A stretch of DNA of 64,000 bases, from IMG/VR virus record IMGVR_UViG_3300045988_183796, one strand, 5' to 3'. Both the position numbers and the translations under genes were made by a program. Of the stretch, positions 10,787 to 19,994 are shown piece by piece. The notes beneath the pieces were generated by a model. That model saw nothing but the letters and a program-made list of their open reading frames with translations, was not told the origin of the DNA and did no database searches. This DNA is from a virus. Numbering within the stretch: the first letter of the stretch is position 1; each line of letters starts with the position of its first letter.

Positions 10787-11017
10787 CAGAATGGTTGATG
10801 GAGCTACTTCAACCTCTCGTCTGGCAGGCTGGCAACACTTTAACCGCTAATCGTGAACTTTCATTTAACAAACCGGCTTCCAAATTGAGAAAAAGTGCAA
10901 TTTATGGTATAATGCAGATATAGAAAAGAAAAATTGTACATACCTCTGACCACAAATCATTCAGATGCAATCTAATCAAAGTTTGAGGTTATCTAAATCA
11001 AATCGGAAGCATGTCCT

Positions 11018-11686
11018 ATGAAAAGAAAGTTTTTAATTTCATACGCTGCAGCAACACTGGCAATGGCAGCCGCAATCTGCACTGCCAGAATACCTTCCGT
11101 TGCTTTAGCAAGGACCTATGAGGGCTATAATGGAATGAAGCGTAGCTCGACGGCAGAAGAGACATTCCAGGAAATCAAAGTTCCTGCCTTTGCCTCCATC
11201 AAAGAAGTGACGGCGGAGGAAGCACGAAGTGTAGCTGATGGCATTATCGTTTTTGCATTTCCTACCTGCCCTTATTGCCGGAACCTGATGCCGGAACTTA
11301 TCGAGACCGCAAAAGAGGAGGGAAAGACCCTCTACTATTGCCAAATTGATAACTACCGCGACAAGTATGAATTTGATGAGACTCTGAATGGCCCGGTCAT
11401 GACCGTGGCTCCCGGAAAAGGGTATTATGAGCTTCTTGACTGGCTGAGCGATTATCTCATCGACTATACTGTGAAAGACGAGAACGGCGAAAGCATCAGT
11501 ATCGGTGAAAAGAGAATCGGAGCGCCCACCATAATTACAGTCCAGAACGGGGTTCCTGTATCCTCCTGGAAGCTGAGCATGGTAGAGAATGCCGAGTTCC
11601 CTGACAATGCGTATACTCGTTGGAGCCAGGAAACGCAGGAAATCGTATCGGAGTCACTGCATCAATATTTTGCTGAGGAGGCATAA
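11018..11686 (+). CDS. Secreted thioredoxin-like thiol-disulfide oxidoreductase
   Basis: Signal peptide MKRKFLISYAAATLAMAAAICTA. CxxC active-site motif FPTCPYCRNL. Regulon promoter at about 10885-10913. Confidence 0.7.
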   Translation: MKRKFLISYAAATLAMAAAICTARIPSVALARTYEGYNGMKRSSTAEETFQEIKVPAFASIKEVTAEEARSVADGIIVFAFPTCPYCRNLMPELIETAKEEGKTLYYCQIDNYRDKYEFDETLNGPVMTVAPGKGYYELLDWLSDYLIDYTVKDENGESISIGEKRIGAPTIITVQNGVPVSSWKLSMVENAEFPDNAYTRWSQETQEIVSESLHQYFAEEA

Positions 11687-11689
11687 ATC

Positions 11690-11914
11690 ATGTCGAATAT
11701 CACTGTTGGTCGAATCTTGCTTCTGGACCTTGTGTTCCTTGTTAATTCTGCTTTAACTCTTGTTGTTTTCAAGTTCGTTGGTCTTTTGGATGTTATGACT
11801 ACACCGGCCTTGTTCTTTCATTTTGTTGGTTCTTATATTATCCTGGCATATTTCATGTTTTGGATTTATCCGCAGATTCTGGAAGACCGGGAAAACAACG
11901 ACGACGATAAATAA
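11690..11914 (+). CDS. Small two-TM membrane protein
   Basis: Two hydrophobic helices and an acidic C-terminus. Starts 4 nt after the upstream stop. Confidence 0.45.
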   Translation: MSNITVGRILLLDLVFLVNSALTLVVFKFVGLLDVMTTPALFFHFVGSYIILAYFMFWIYPQILEDRENNDDDK

Positions 11915-12043
11915 CCTGGTCGGAACCGTAGGTGCTTGAAACCGTAGGTACTTGCCTAAAGTTGAGCGAAATGTACTTGCGGGAAGCGTAGCCGCAATAG
12001 ACTACTCCGAAAGTACCGTAGGCCCGCATACCGTAGGTCATAC
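11915..12043. repeat. Cluster of CGTAG-core direct repeats (ACCGTAGGTRC x4 and GAAGCGTAGCCGC)
   Basis: aaccgtaggtgcttg, aaccgtaggtacttg, gtaccgtaggcccg, ataccgtaggtcat and gaagcgtagccgc are read directly from the sequence. Related clusters lie at 13890-13990 and 57960-58030. Confidence 0.6.
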
Positions 12044-12411
12044 AGTCAACAACCCCGCCCAAACCGGTTCACCGGTTATAGACGGGGCTTGCGGGGCAAC
12101 CCGTAAGCCCGGTTGATTAGCCTTGGTGAACGGCAACTTCGGTTGCTGCGAACTCCGTTATGCATTTGATGAGCAATCATCTTCATAATATAGGCACCCC
12201 GATATGCTCCACAAGTGTCGGGCTCTGCGGGCAGTGTATGTATCAATGGCGCAAGCCGTTGATATGTATTACGTTAAAAATCTCTAAGGGTAGGAGATGT
12301 GCGGCTGCCATGCCGAAAGGCTGAAACAGTGCATAACATTGGCGAAGTGGACCACAGGGCGCAAGCCCTGACTTATAGTTTCATTACTATTTAACGAAAG
12401 GAGTATCTTGC
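12044..12411 (+). ncRNA. IscB-associated omega-RNA (HEARO-like) scaffold, copy 1
   Basis: About 365 nt of stop-rich non-coding sequence ending exactly at the iscB ATG. Contains GNRA-capped stems (cagggc-gcaa-gccctg; gcttgcgggg-caa-cccgtaagc; accggttcaccggt). Its 5' and 3' blocks are shared with a second copy at 30880-31198, and the two copies show compensatory base changes. Confidence 0.6.
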
Positions 12412-13605
12412 ATGAGCACTTGCGTTTGTGTTCTCAGCAACAGTGGTGAACGCTTAATGCCTACCTTCCGTCTTGGCAAGGTACGCCGACTCTTGAAAGA
12501 CGGAAAAGCAAAAATCGTTAAGCACCATCCATTTACTATCCAGTTACTGTATGACAGTAAAACAAACACGCAGCCCATCGAAATCTGCGAGGATGTGGGC
12601 TACAACTACATCGGCATCAGTGTAAAAAGTCAATCTCACGAGTATGTATCTGCGCAGTATGATACATTACAGGATGAGAAAGCCTGCCACGACAGTTGTC
12701 GTAAGTTGCGCCGAACCCGCAGAAATAGACTGCGCTACCGTAAACCGCGCTTCGATAACCGCAAGCGCGGCGAAGGTTGGCTTGCTCCTTCTTTGAAGCA
12801 TAAGAAAGAACTCAATGTCAACGTTGTCAAGATGTATTGTGCAGTAATGCCCATTACTCATGCAACGGTTGAGGTTGGTTCTTTTGATACGATGCTTGTA
12901 AAAGCAATTCAGGAGGGAAAAGCCATTCCTGAGGGAGCAGACTACCAGAAAGGTCCCCGCTACAACTTGGCAACTTTGCGTGAGGCAGTGTTCTACCGTG
13001 ATAATTACACCTGCCAAGTTTGTGGACGCAAAATCGCGGATGGTGCCATTTTACATATGCACCACATGTTCTACTGGAAAGGAAGACACGGCTACCAGCT
13101 TGATGAGTTGGTTACAGCGTGTGAAAAATGCCACACGCCAGCAAATCATCAAAAAGGCGGCAAGCTCTTCGGTTTTGGCGAAGATAAAGAATTTGCCAAT
13201 CTTTCAGGTGCAGCGTTTATGAACGCTGTTTGCTGGCAGATAGTAGATGCACTGCACGCCACATACGGTAAGGAATTTGTGACCATCACTTATGGTGCGA
13301 TGACAAAGGAAAAGCGAATCATTCTTGGCATAGAGAAAACCCACAACAACGATGCGTATGCAATGGGAGATTATCATCCGGTACATCGTTGCGTGTTTAG
13401 GCATTACCAAAAACGACGCAGAAACAATCGTGTGCTGGAAAAATTCTACGATGCCACTTATATCGACACCCGCACCGGTAACAAAGCAAAAGGTAAAGAA
13501 CTATTTAACGGCAGAATTAGCCGTAATCACAAAAAGAATTCTGAAGACCTGCACAAGTACCGCAGCAAAAAGGTATCGAAGGGCCGTCGCTCTATAAGAA
13601 GGTAG
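12412..13605 (+). CDS. iscB: IscB (IS200/605 OMEGA RNA-guided HNH/RuvC nuclease)
   Basis: N-terminal PLMP-type motif (SGERLMPTFRLGKVRRLLKDGKAKIVKHHPFTIQL). RuvC-I EDVGYNYIGISV. Arg-rich bridge helix RKLRRTRRNRLRYRKPRFDNR. RuvC-II ATVEVGSFD. HNH YTCQVCGRK...HMHH...ACEKCH. RuvC-III THNNDAYAM. No TnpA nearby. Confidence 0.8.
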   Translation: MSTCVCVLSNSGERLMPTFRLGKVRRLLKDGKAKIVKHHPFTIQLLYDSKTNTQPIEICEDVGYNYIGISVKSQSHEYVSAQYDTLQDEKACHDSCRKLRRTRRNRLRYRKPRFDNRKRGEGWLAPSLKHKKELNVNVVKMYCAVMPITHATVEVGSFDTMLVKAIQEGKAIPEGADYQKGPRYNLATLREAVFYRDNYTCQVCGRKIADGAILHMHHMFYWKGRHGYQLDELVTACEKCHTPANHQKGGKLFGFGEDKEFANLSGAAFMNAVCWQIVDALHATYGKEFVTITYGAMTKEKRIILGIEKTHNNDAYAMGDYHPVHRCVFRHYQKRRRNNRVLEKFYDATYIDTRTGNKAKGKELFNGRISRNHKKNSEDLHKYRSKKVSKGRRSIRR

Positions 13606-13889
13606 CGCTATGCAATTCAGCCATACGACACTGTGCGTCTCGAAGGTAAAACATACATTACAAGCGGGTGCCATAATAAAGGCACAAGACTTTTGATTCC
13701 TGCTAATGGGAAAAACAAGTCCGTAGCAATTTCCAAAGTTCAAGTTGTTTGCCATGCGGGAGCATGGATACAAATCATCTAAATATTGAAAGGAGGTAAG
13801 CAGGAAATGCTGTATCTTAGTCTTTTCTAAGAAACGCATTCCTCCCCACCTAAGCCTTACGGCTATAGATGGGGTGTCCTGCTCCATTA

Positions 13890-13990
13890 TCATGAAGCGT
13901 AGCTGCTTGTAAAGAAATGAAAGACGGATGACGGAAGCGTAGCCGCTGCCCGGTAACAGGCTGCCGGTTGCGTAGCTGCCATTCGTCTTT
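13890..13990. repeat. Three GCGTAGC(T/C)GC repeats with about 34-nt spacing
   Basis: gaagcgtagctgc, gaagcgtagccgc and ttgcgtagctgcc are read directly from the sequence. They lie downstream of iscB and upstream of gene 14014. Confidence 0.55.
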
Positions 13991-14013
13991 TTTGGTTTAG
14001 AGGAGAGACGAGA

Positions 14014-14247
14014 ATGGTATATGAGGTAATCAGTCCACGCCCACATGGTTCAGAAACATTCGTGGGATTGCATACAGAATACCCGGAATGCATCGACCCG
14101 TTGAGTGTGCAGGAAGCGATGCTCAGCGGCGGTAACAAAATTACATTCAAGGGCACTGAGAAAGAATATGAGGCGGTCAAGAAAAAGCTGGCAGCCAAAG
14201 TCAAGGTGACCATCATCAAAGAACAGAAAACGGAGAAAGAAAAATAA
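14014..14247 (+). CDS. Small hypothetical protein
   Basis: RBS AGGAGAGACGAGA before the ATG. 77 aa with a Lys-rich C-terminus. Confidence 0.5.
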   Translation: MVYEVISPRPHGSETFVGLHTEYPECIDPLSVQEAMLSGGNKITFKGTEKEYEAVKKKLAAKVKVTIIKEQKTEKEK

Positions 14248-14248
14248 T

Positions 14249-14998
14249 ATGGTAAAGACTGATTTCAAGAACACTTATGAAGCATTTATGCATTGCGATA
14301 AAAACAAGCTGGCGAAAGAATTTGCTGCCATGTATTCCGATAACGAGGAACAGGCGGCAGCAGTTAAGGAAGTCGATAGAGCATTTGCCAGAATGGAGAC
14401 CGTCACGCCAAAAGCAGTAAACCCGGATGAGCAAAGTATCATTGTGGTTTGCAAGGGATTTGGCGATGAAGGCGATGACACTGTCTGTATCGAAGTGAGA
14501 GACCTCCGTAACTGGAAAGAAAAGCACACGAAAAAGTCTGAGCCTATTAGTGACGAGATGCTGACCTTTATGAGCACGGACGAAATCGAAAACGCGGTGA
14601 TGAATCAGGACCTTCCCACGAAATATGCTTTTGAACTCAGCGCTTGGGACGAAATTCTTAGCTGGAAACTTGCACCATCTAGTATCTACATCTACGGCCT
14701 TGAGTTTTGCCTGTCCCGTGTGTTGTGGGAAATGACATTCTTCGGAGTGGATGAATCCGGTGTGGAGTTGGAAAAGGAAAAGCTCGATACGAGATTTGAG
14801 GAAGCGCAGAGGTCTTTTGATGAAAACAAAGAACCTCAAATCGGATTCTCGATTGAAGACATTGCTAAGAAACTTCTCGGCGATGATTATACAGAAGACT
14901 GGTATCCCGAAAAGGAGCAGGAACGCGACCGCCGAAATATGGTTATTTCCTCCTATAAGGACAACAATGAAATGGAACGGCTGCTCATGATGCTTTAA
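14249..14998 (+). CDS. Hypothetical protein
   Basis: Follows the upstream gene immediately. Coding-like acidic protein. No motif I recognise. Confidence 0.55.
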   Translation: MVKTDFKNTYEAFMHCDKNKLAKEFAAMYSDNEEQAAAVKEVDRAFARMETVTPKAVNPDEQSIIVVCKGFGDEGDDTVCIEVRDLRNWKEKHTKKSEPISDEMLTFMSTDEIENAVMNQDLPTKYAFELSAWDEILSWKLAPSSIYIYGLEFCLSRVLWEMTFFGVDESGVELEKEKLDTRFEEAQRSFDENKEPQIGFSIEDIAKKLLGDDYTEDWYPEKEQERDRRNMVISSYKDNNEMERLLMML

Positions 14999-15023
14999 GA
15001 GAAAACGAGAAGGGGAGATGAGG

Positions 15024-15863
15024 ATGAGCGAAATCTTCGTGGCGGGAGATATCCATGGAAACTATCAAGGATTGATGGAATCTCTCAATGCAGCAGGCTG
15101 GCAGGAAGGCGATACCATCATCTGCGTGGGAGATATCACCGACCGTGGAAAAGATAATGCCAGAACGGTGTCCTTTCTGCAGGAGCATGAATGTAATGTG
15201 AGATTGGTTCAGGGCAACCATGAGCTTCAACACAGGAAGATGCTTCAATACTATCATGTGTTAATCAAAGTCCCCCAAATTCGATTGTTTGCGGCAGGAA
15301 TATTCAGAACATACAAGGAAGGATATACTTATCCCAAAACAAAAGAAGAACTCAAAGAGTATGAGTGCAGTGCCGATAAACGAATCGAAATCATTCAGGG
15401 AAAGCCTAAGACCTTTCATGCTTTTGTTCGAGCCTTTATCGCTTATACATTAGCATGGGAAGACGATAGCCTTTGGAAGATTATTCTGTACTTGCTGGAA
15501 GTGATGTGCGGCAATCCCTATGATGCCGAAAGAACTATATACGAGTATCTCTCCTGTACAAGGAAACAAAGAGCAGCGTTTGAATGGCTTTGGAATCAGA
15601 CGGCTACTGAGGTTAATATCGATTATACGGAACCATATAAGTATCAGCATATAGTGATTACGCATAATAATCCTTTTGGAAGATATTATGGCTATGACCC
15701 GGATGAGGTACGGTCTGGACACGATAAGACGCTCTATATCTTTGGACACATCCCGCATTCCGAAATCGTCAGGTTTGACAGGGCTTGTTCTGGATGCACT
15801 TATCTGGACATTGACACATCTCCGACCTCGGTCGGCGTCATTAAGCTGAGTGATTATCTCTAA
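15024..15863 (+). CDS. Calcineurin-like metallophosphoesterase (Ser/Thr phosphatase / ApaH-like)
   Basis: GDIHGN, GDITDRG and GNHE motifs. RBS GAAGGGGAG. Intrinsic terminator downstream. Confidence 0.75.
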   Translation: MSEIFVAGDIHGNYQGLMESLNAAGWQEGDTIICVGDITDRGKDNARTVSFLQEHECNVRLVQGNHELQHRKMLQYYHVLIKVPQIRLFAAGIFRTYKEGYTYPKTKEELKEYECSADKRIEIIQGKPKTFHAFVRAFIAYTLAWEDDSLWKIILYLLEVMCGNPYDAERTIYEYLSCTRKQRAAFEWLWNQTATEVNIDYTEPYKYQHIVITHNNPFGRYYGYDPDEVRSGHDKTLYIFGHIPHSEIVRFDRACSGCTYLDIDTSPTSVGVIKLSDYL

Positions 15864-15873
15864 GAAAGCATAA

Positions 15874-15916
15874 GCACCATGGGGGCAGAGAGCCTCTGTG
15901 GTGCTTTTTCTTTTTG
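15874..15916 (+). terminator. Rho-independent terminator
   Basis: Stem gcaccatgggggcagagagcctctgtggtgc followed by a T-run. Confidence 0.7.
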
Positions 15917-16519
15917 TGCGGGTTCCCTTGCTCATACGAAAACGATGCGCAGGTAAGGGCTCTCTGGCGGATGTGAGGCGGTAAGGCAGCTAATCTAAAG
16001 CCTTGCTATACAATGCTCTGATGAACTCTCTACTAAGCCCAGATGTGGGCTCAGTGATTTTTGCGATATCATGGGCATCTGCAAAGATTCCATACTTGTC
16101 TTTCGGTGTTGGCTCTTTCCTATCAGAACAGACAGCCCGACTGGAACGAATCCAAGGCCGAGCATTCAGCTTTCGGCAGAGGACGACCGCCCTATATGAT
16201 AGGTCCAGAACGTCTGCAGCAGTTTGCGACAACTACCAGCTTGTCTTTTTGGCTGCCCGGTTGTCTCAGCAAACTCTCCTGTAACCAAAACCAGAGACTT
16301 GGCTATTCGGCTTTGATAAAAGCAGTTCACAAAGCGGACTTCCCATTGTATAATAGTGACATACATTTGAGTTTCGCAGGACTGATATCAGGTGGAGCAG
16401 ATGGGCAAGAATCGGATGAACCGCAGGGAAGCGTGAGCAAGGAAAATCACAAAGACCACAAATATAATCTTGGCAGAACGGGAAAATACCGATATCATTC
16501 AAGGAGGGAGGAATGTGAT

Positions 16520-17917
16520 ATGGAACGAATGATTGACGCAGAGACGGAGGAGCTCTCAAAGCGGGAAAAGTATCGTGAACGGCGCGGTGAGGAGTATGAT
16601 GTTGTCTCAAAAGTTGCTTTCCTTATTGGCGTGCCAGACTCTCACTGGAAAAGCCAGTATACGGGTTTGGATTCAGATATTTATGAGCAACTCAGCGATA
16701 ACCGAGACGCTCGCATCATCCGAAACCTCTGTGGCCTGCGGACCGAGATAGAGCGGAACTTCAAGCGCTTCTCAATGCTGATTCTGATGGAGTTAAAGAA
16801 CCTGCATACGATTCCGCAGACACAGGGAATGGTCAATCAACTCCGCAAGGATGGAATCGATATCATAAAAGCAAATCCAAAGCTGGAAGAATACCTTCCA
16901 AAAATCAATGCTCTCTTGCTGCAGCACATCGATGCCTGTAAATCTCTGTTTCCAATCTGGGTCAACTGGGAGTTCGTGCGGCAGCTGTTTATCATCCCTG
17001 GCGGCAACAGCACAAAGAAGTCCAAGGAAGTCTTCGAGTATTATATGGAGAACCTCGAACGCTATCCGTATCGCATGTTCATTAACTGGCGGTGGAGCAA
17101 AGACGAAGAGGGGAATCTTCTCTATAATGACGAAAAGTTCCTGAGCCGACTCTATCAGCAGAATGGTGAGGTGTTCACCGGTTATTCCAATGTCAGAGGA
17201 GAAGGAAGAGAAACCAAGAGAAACATTTATGGATTTGTGGATGCCAGCGAACAGACGGTTGCTCTCGTTGACTGCGAAAACTGTGACCCGCTGAAACTGT
17301 GTGCGGCTCTTCAAAGTATGCAGCCGGAAACACTTGCTAAAATCACAAAAATCATTTTGTACAATGATGTTAATGCTTCTTCTGCCTGGAATCTGCTTCA
17401 GAAACACACAAAGGCGGTTATTGAACATCAGATGTCGGAACGGGTCCTTACAGGGAAAAGCCTTGTGGATGTGATGCTAGTGGCAGGATGCTGTAAGGAG
17501 CACTATGTCAACAAGGTGGACAGTTTCTTACTGTTTTCATCGGATTCTGATTATTGGGGGCTTATCAGCTCGGTGTCCACTGCCAAATTTCTCGTGATGG
17601 TTGAGCAAAATAAAGTCAGCAGCGAAATTGTACAGAAAATGATTGACAGTGATATTCCCTTTTGCTATCTGGACCAGTTTTGCCAAGGTGGGCAATCTCA
17701 CAAAATGAAGGTCGATGCACTGCTCAGTGAATGCCAGCGCTTTGTCGGCAGGCACTTTGAAAGCTTTAATGTCAAGGAAATGATGAATGTAGCTCATCTA
17801 CAGACCCGCATCGAGCTTTCGAAGGCTGAGGAAAAACAGTTTTATGAACGATATATCAAAACCATGCGCATCAAGATTTCAGCGGATGGTTCCGTAAATA
17901 TTGAGTTCGGAAGCTGA
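16520..17917 (+). CDS. NYN/PIN-like (LabA/YacP-type) nuclease-domain protein
   Basis: Strong RBS AAGGAGGGAGG 8 nt before ATG 16520. C-terminal VDCENCDP ... FLLFSSDSDYWGLIS motifs are typical of NYN domains. An extended -10 (TTGTATAAT) lies about 170 nt upstream, giving a long leader. Confidence 0.55.
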   Translation: MERMIDAETEELSKREKYRERRGEEYDVVSKVAFLIGVPDSHWKSQYTGLDSDIYEQLSDNRDARIIRNLCGLRTEIERNFKRFSMLILMELKNLHTIPQTQGMVNQLRKDGIDIIKANPKLEEYLPKINALLLQHIDACKSLFPIWVNWEFVRQLFIIPGGNSTKKSKEVFEYYMENLERYPYRMFINWRWSKDEEGNLLYNDEKFLSRLYQQNGEVFTGYSNVRGEGRETKRNIYGFVDASEQTVALVDCENCDPLKLCAALQSMQPETLAKITKIILYNDVNASSAWNLLQKHTKAVIEHQMSERVLTGKSLVDVMLVAGCCKEHYVNKVDSFLLFSSDSDYWGLISSVSTAKFLVMVEQNKVSSEIVQKMIDSDIPFCYLDQFCQGGQSHKMKVDALLSECQRFVGRHFESFNVKEMMNVAHLQTRIELSKAEEKQFYERYIKTMRIKISADGSVNIEFGS

Positions 17918-18291
17918 AGACGATGCACAATGATAGCAAGGAGGGTAAATACCAAGTGATACCGATTGTATGTGTCGATGACCGATTCGGCATGGCGTTC
18001 ACCAAGCGGCGCTGCAGCTCGGATATGGCCGTCCTCAAAGATATTCTTGGCAGAACGGAAAATGCCAAGCTAAGGCGGCTGTGATAAGGGCCTTCCATCA
18101 CGCCAGGCGACTGCAAAAAGAAAAGGGTAGTGTTAGTTGTCCAGAAGAACTGGGAGGTTCAGTCGGGTACTATCTTTATCCCGTGTTTCTTCGAATCGGT
18201 GTATGCACGAAAAAGTAGAGGGTCACGAAGCCGTGGCTCTCTTTTGCTTTATCTGATATAATATAGCCAAAAATATTGCGGAGGAAGTCGC

Positions 18292-19437
18292 ATGGGAACA
18301 TACATCACGCACGAGGGTTTGCCATTCCATGGAAACCTCAAGAAAATCAGAATCAGGTCCTACCGAGCAACCGACCCATCTATGCCAGGATTTGATGAAG
18401 AGCAGCTTCTCGAAATCACACGGGACGGAACAGTGAAGCTCACGCAAAAGACTCCGTCAGGAACAGAAAAGGTGAAAACCCGTATTTCACAAGCTGATGC
18501 TGCTTATATCTTTGCTGCATTCTCCGAAGTATTCGCGAGCTATCGAAGGGAACACATCCCATCACTTAGTGGTCATTGGCGAGTTCGGCTTCTAACGGAT
18601 AATAATGAGGTATACTTCTACCACGGCGCAAATGGGCAGGATTACCGCTACCATGACGAGTCTCTTACGGATATTCTTCGACAAAGAACCGGAATGCAGA
18701 AACTATTTGGTCTGAGCGTTAAGGCTGAGACAAAGAGTAAGGTGGAATCCATAGAAATCAGTCTGGAACAGACTGCAACAGATGAGGTAAAAGACAAATA
18801 TGCCAGCGAGTATGGAATTTGTATACATGATATAAATGAGTGGCTGCTTGTCAGTTCAGAAGGTACGCTGACCTATAACCGCCGTATCGCAAAGATAGGA
18901 AGAGTCTCCTTGCAGTATGAGCTAAAAGACAAGGTGGCGGAATTCCTCAAACTATATGAGGACCGAGATGTGTTTTCTCGTCCAAAAGGGAACTCGCCAG
19001 ATACTGTACAAAATGAGATTCGAAAGACATACAAGATAGTTGTGACCCGTGATGACGGAGAAAGTTCCGTTCTGGAAGGCTCATTCGACAAGGACGGTCT
19101 GCCCGATAACTGGGCGGACTTTGTTGGCAGGCTGACAGACTTCTTCCAAGGTCAAAGCCTCGGGATGCTTTTCGATTCTCGCTCGTACAACAAGGTGCTG
19201 AGGAAGAACAATGAAGTGGCTTTTTGCGGCGTTGATATTGATGGCGCAGTAGGAACGCGCTATTACCGCTGCGGAGATGAAATCTGCGAGGGAGATACGG
19301 TCGTGGTCCCGACACCGATGAAGCACACATTGGCTATAGGACGGGCTGTCGAAATTCGGTATTGTCCCAAAGACCAGATTCCGAAAGAGATGGCGCAGGC
19401 ACAAGAGATTCTGGGCCTTGCCAAAGAAACAGAATAG
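18292..19437 (+). CDS. Hypothetical protein
   Basis: -10 GATATAATAT and RBS GGAGGAAG upstream. A hairpin with a T-run lies just upstream at about 18215-18250. Confidence 0.55.
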   Translation: MGTYITHEGLPFHGNLKKIRIRSYRATDPSMPGFDEEQLLEITRDGTVKLTQKTPSGTEKVKTRISQADAAYIFAAFSEVFASYRREHIPSLSGHWRVRLLTDNNEVYFYHGANGQDYRYHDESLTDILRQRTGMQKLFGLSVKAETKSKVESIEISLEQTATDEVKDKYASEYGICIHDINEWLLVSSEGTLTYNRRIAKIGRVSLQYELKDKVAEFLKLYEDRDVFSRPKGNSPDTVQNEIRKTYKIVVTRDDGESSVLEGSFDKDGLPDNWADFVGRLTDFFQGQSLGMLFDSRSYNKVLRKNNEVAFCGVDIDGAVGTRYYRCGDEICEGDTVVVPTPMKHTLAIGRAVEIRYCPKDQIPKEMAQAQEILGLAKETE

Positions 19438-19446
19438 GGAAAAGAA

Positions 19447-19478
19447 AAAAGAGGGGCTTAGAACAGCTCCTCTTTTCT
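19447..19478. terminator. Bidirectional intrinsic terminator
   Basis: agaggggcttagaacagctcctct is flanked by an A-run and a T-run, between convergent genes. Confidence 0.65.
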
Positions 19479-19485
19479 TGTTGCT

Positions 19486-19875
19486 TTATTCGCCCAGAGC
19501 CTCTCCGAGCGAAAGGACCGCATTGCGGACACATTCAGGGCAGGGACACAGAACTTTGCCGGTTCCAATGCCTTTCAGGTCCTTGCAGATGGTAGCACCG
19601 CATTTACGCTCGAAATTCTGTACAAGCTCTTTGGAAATACGGGGCGTGCCTTTGCCATCTGTGAGAATGCCTGCCACCATGACAGCGCCAATCAGGGCCC
19701 CGCAAGTGCTTTCCATACACCCCATCCCGGCAGCGTATCCCGCCGTCAGCTTCATCAGCGTTTCATCATCGATAGGTAGTTTATCCTCAAACACCTTGAC
19801 CACAGACTGTGTGCAGTTGCATTTCCCGGTCGCCTTCAGTTCAGCAGCCACCGCTGCGCGTTCCTCAATACTCAT
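19486..19875 (-). CDS. C_GCAxxG_C_C family redox protein
   Basis: ESTCGALIGAVM (C-GCAxxG) motif plus CxC...CPCPEC cysteine clusters. RBS AAGGAG on the minus strand. Confidence 0.7.
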   Translation of the reverse strand: MSIEERAAVAAELKATGKCNCTQSVVKVFEDKLPIDDETLMKLTAGYAAGMGCMESTCGALIGAVMVAGILTDGKGTPRISKELVQNFERKCGATICKDLKGIGTGKVLCPCPECVRNAVLSLGEALGE

Positions 19876-19994
19876 ATTTTACACTCCTTTTTCTTTCCAG
19901 TATACCACAAAAAGACGGGCACAGGCAAAAAAAGAAAGGAGCCACCCGAAGGTGACTCCAATAGTTTAGGTTCCTGTTTTAGCCGTAAAAAGCA

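Noticed and set aside
12412-13605. First impression that IscB lacks the RuvC-I catalytic Asp (IGISVKS)
   Set aside because: Re-anchoring against the GIDPG block places the Asp in ...CEDVGYNYIGISV... upstream, so RuvC-I appears intact.
15990-16232. 80-aa minus-strand ORF in the gap after the phosphoesterase gene
   Set aside because: Has a non-ATG start and no convincing RBS, and overlaps several other random ORFs in the same gap.
16061-16519. 150-codon stop-free extension upstream of the NYN gene start
   Set aside because: The residues are not protein-like. An extended -10 promoter lies inside it, and a strong RBS precedes the ATG at 16520.
17940-18071. 43-aa GTG-start ORF with a good RBS (VIPIVCVDDRFGMAF...), vaguely DHFR/RibD_C-like
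   Set aside because: Too short, and the similarity is too weak to call. It may be a gene fragment.
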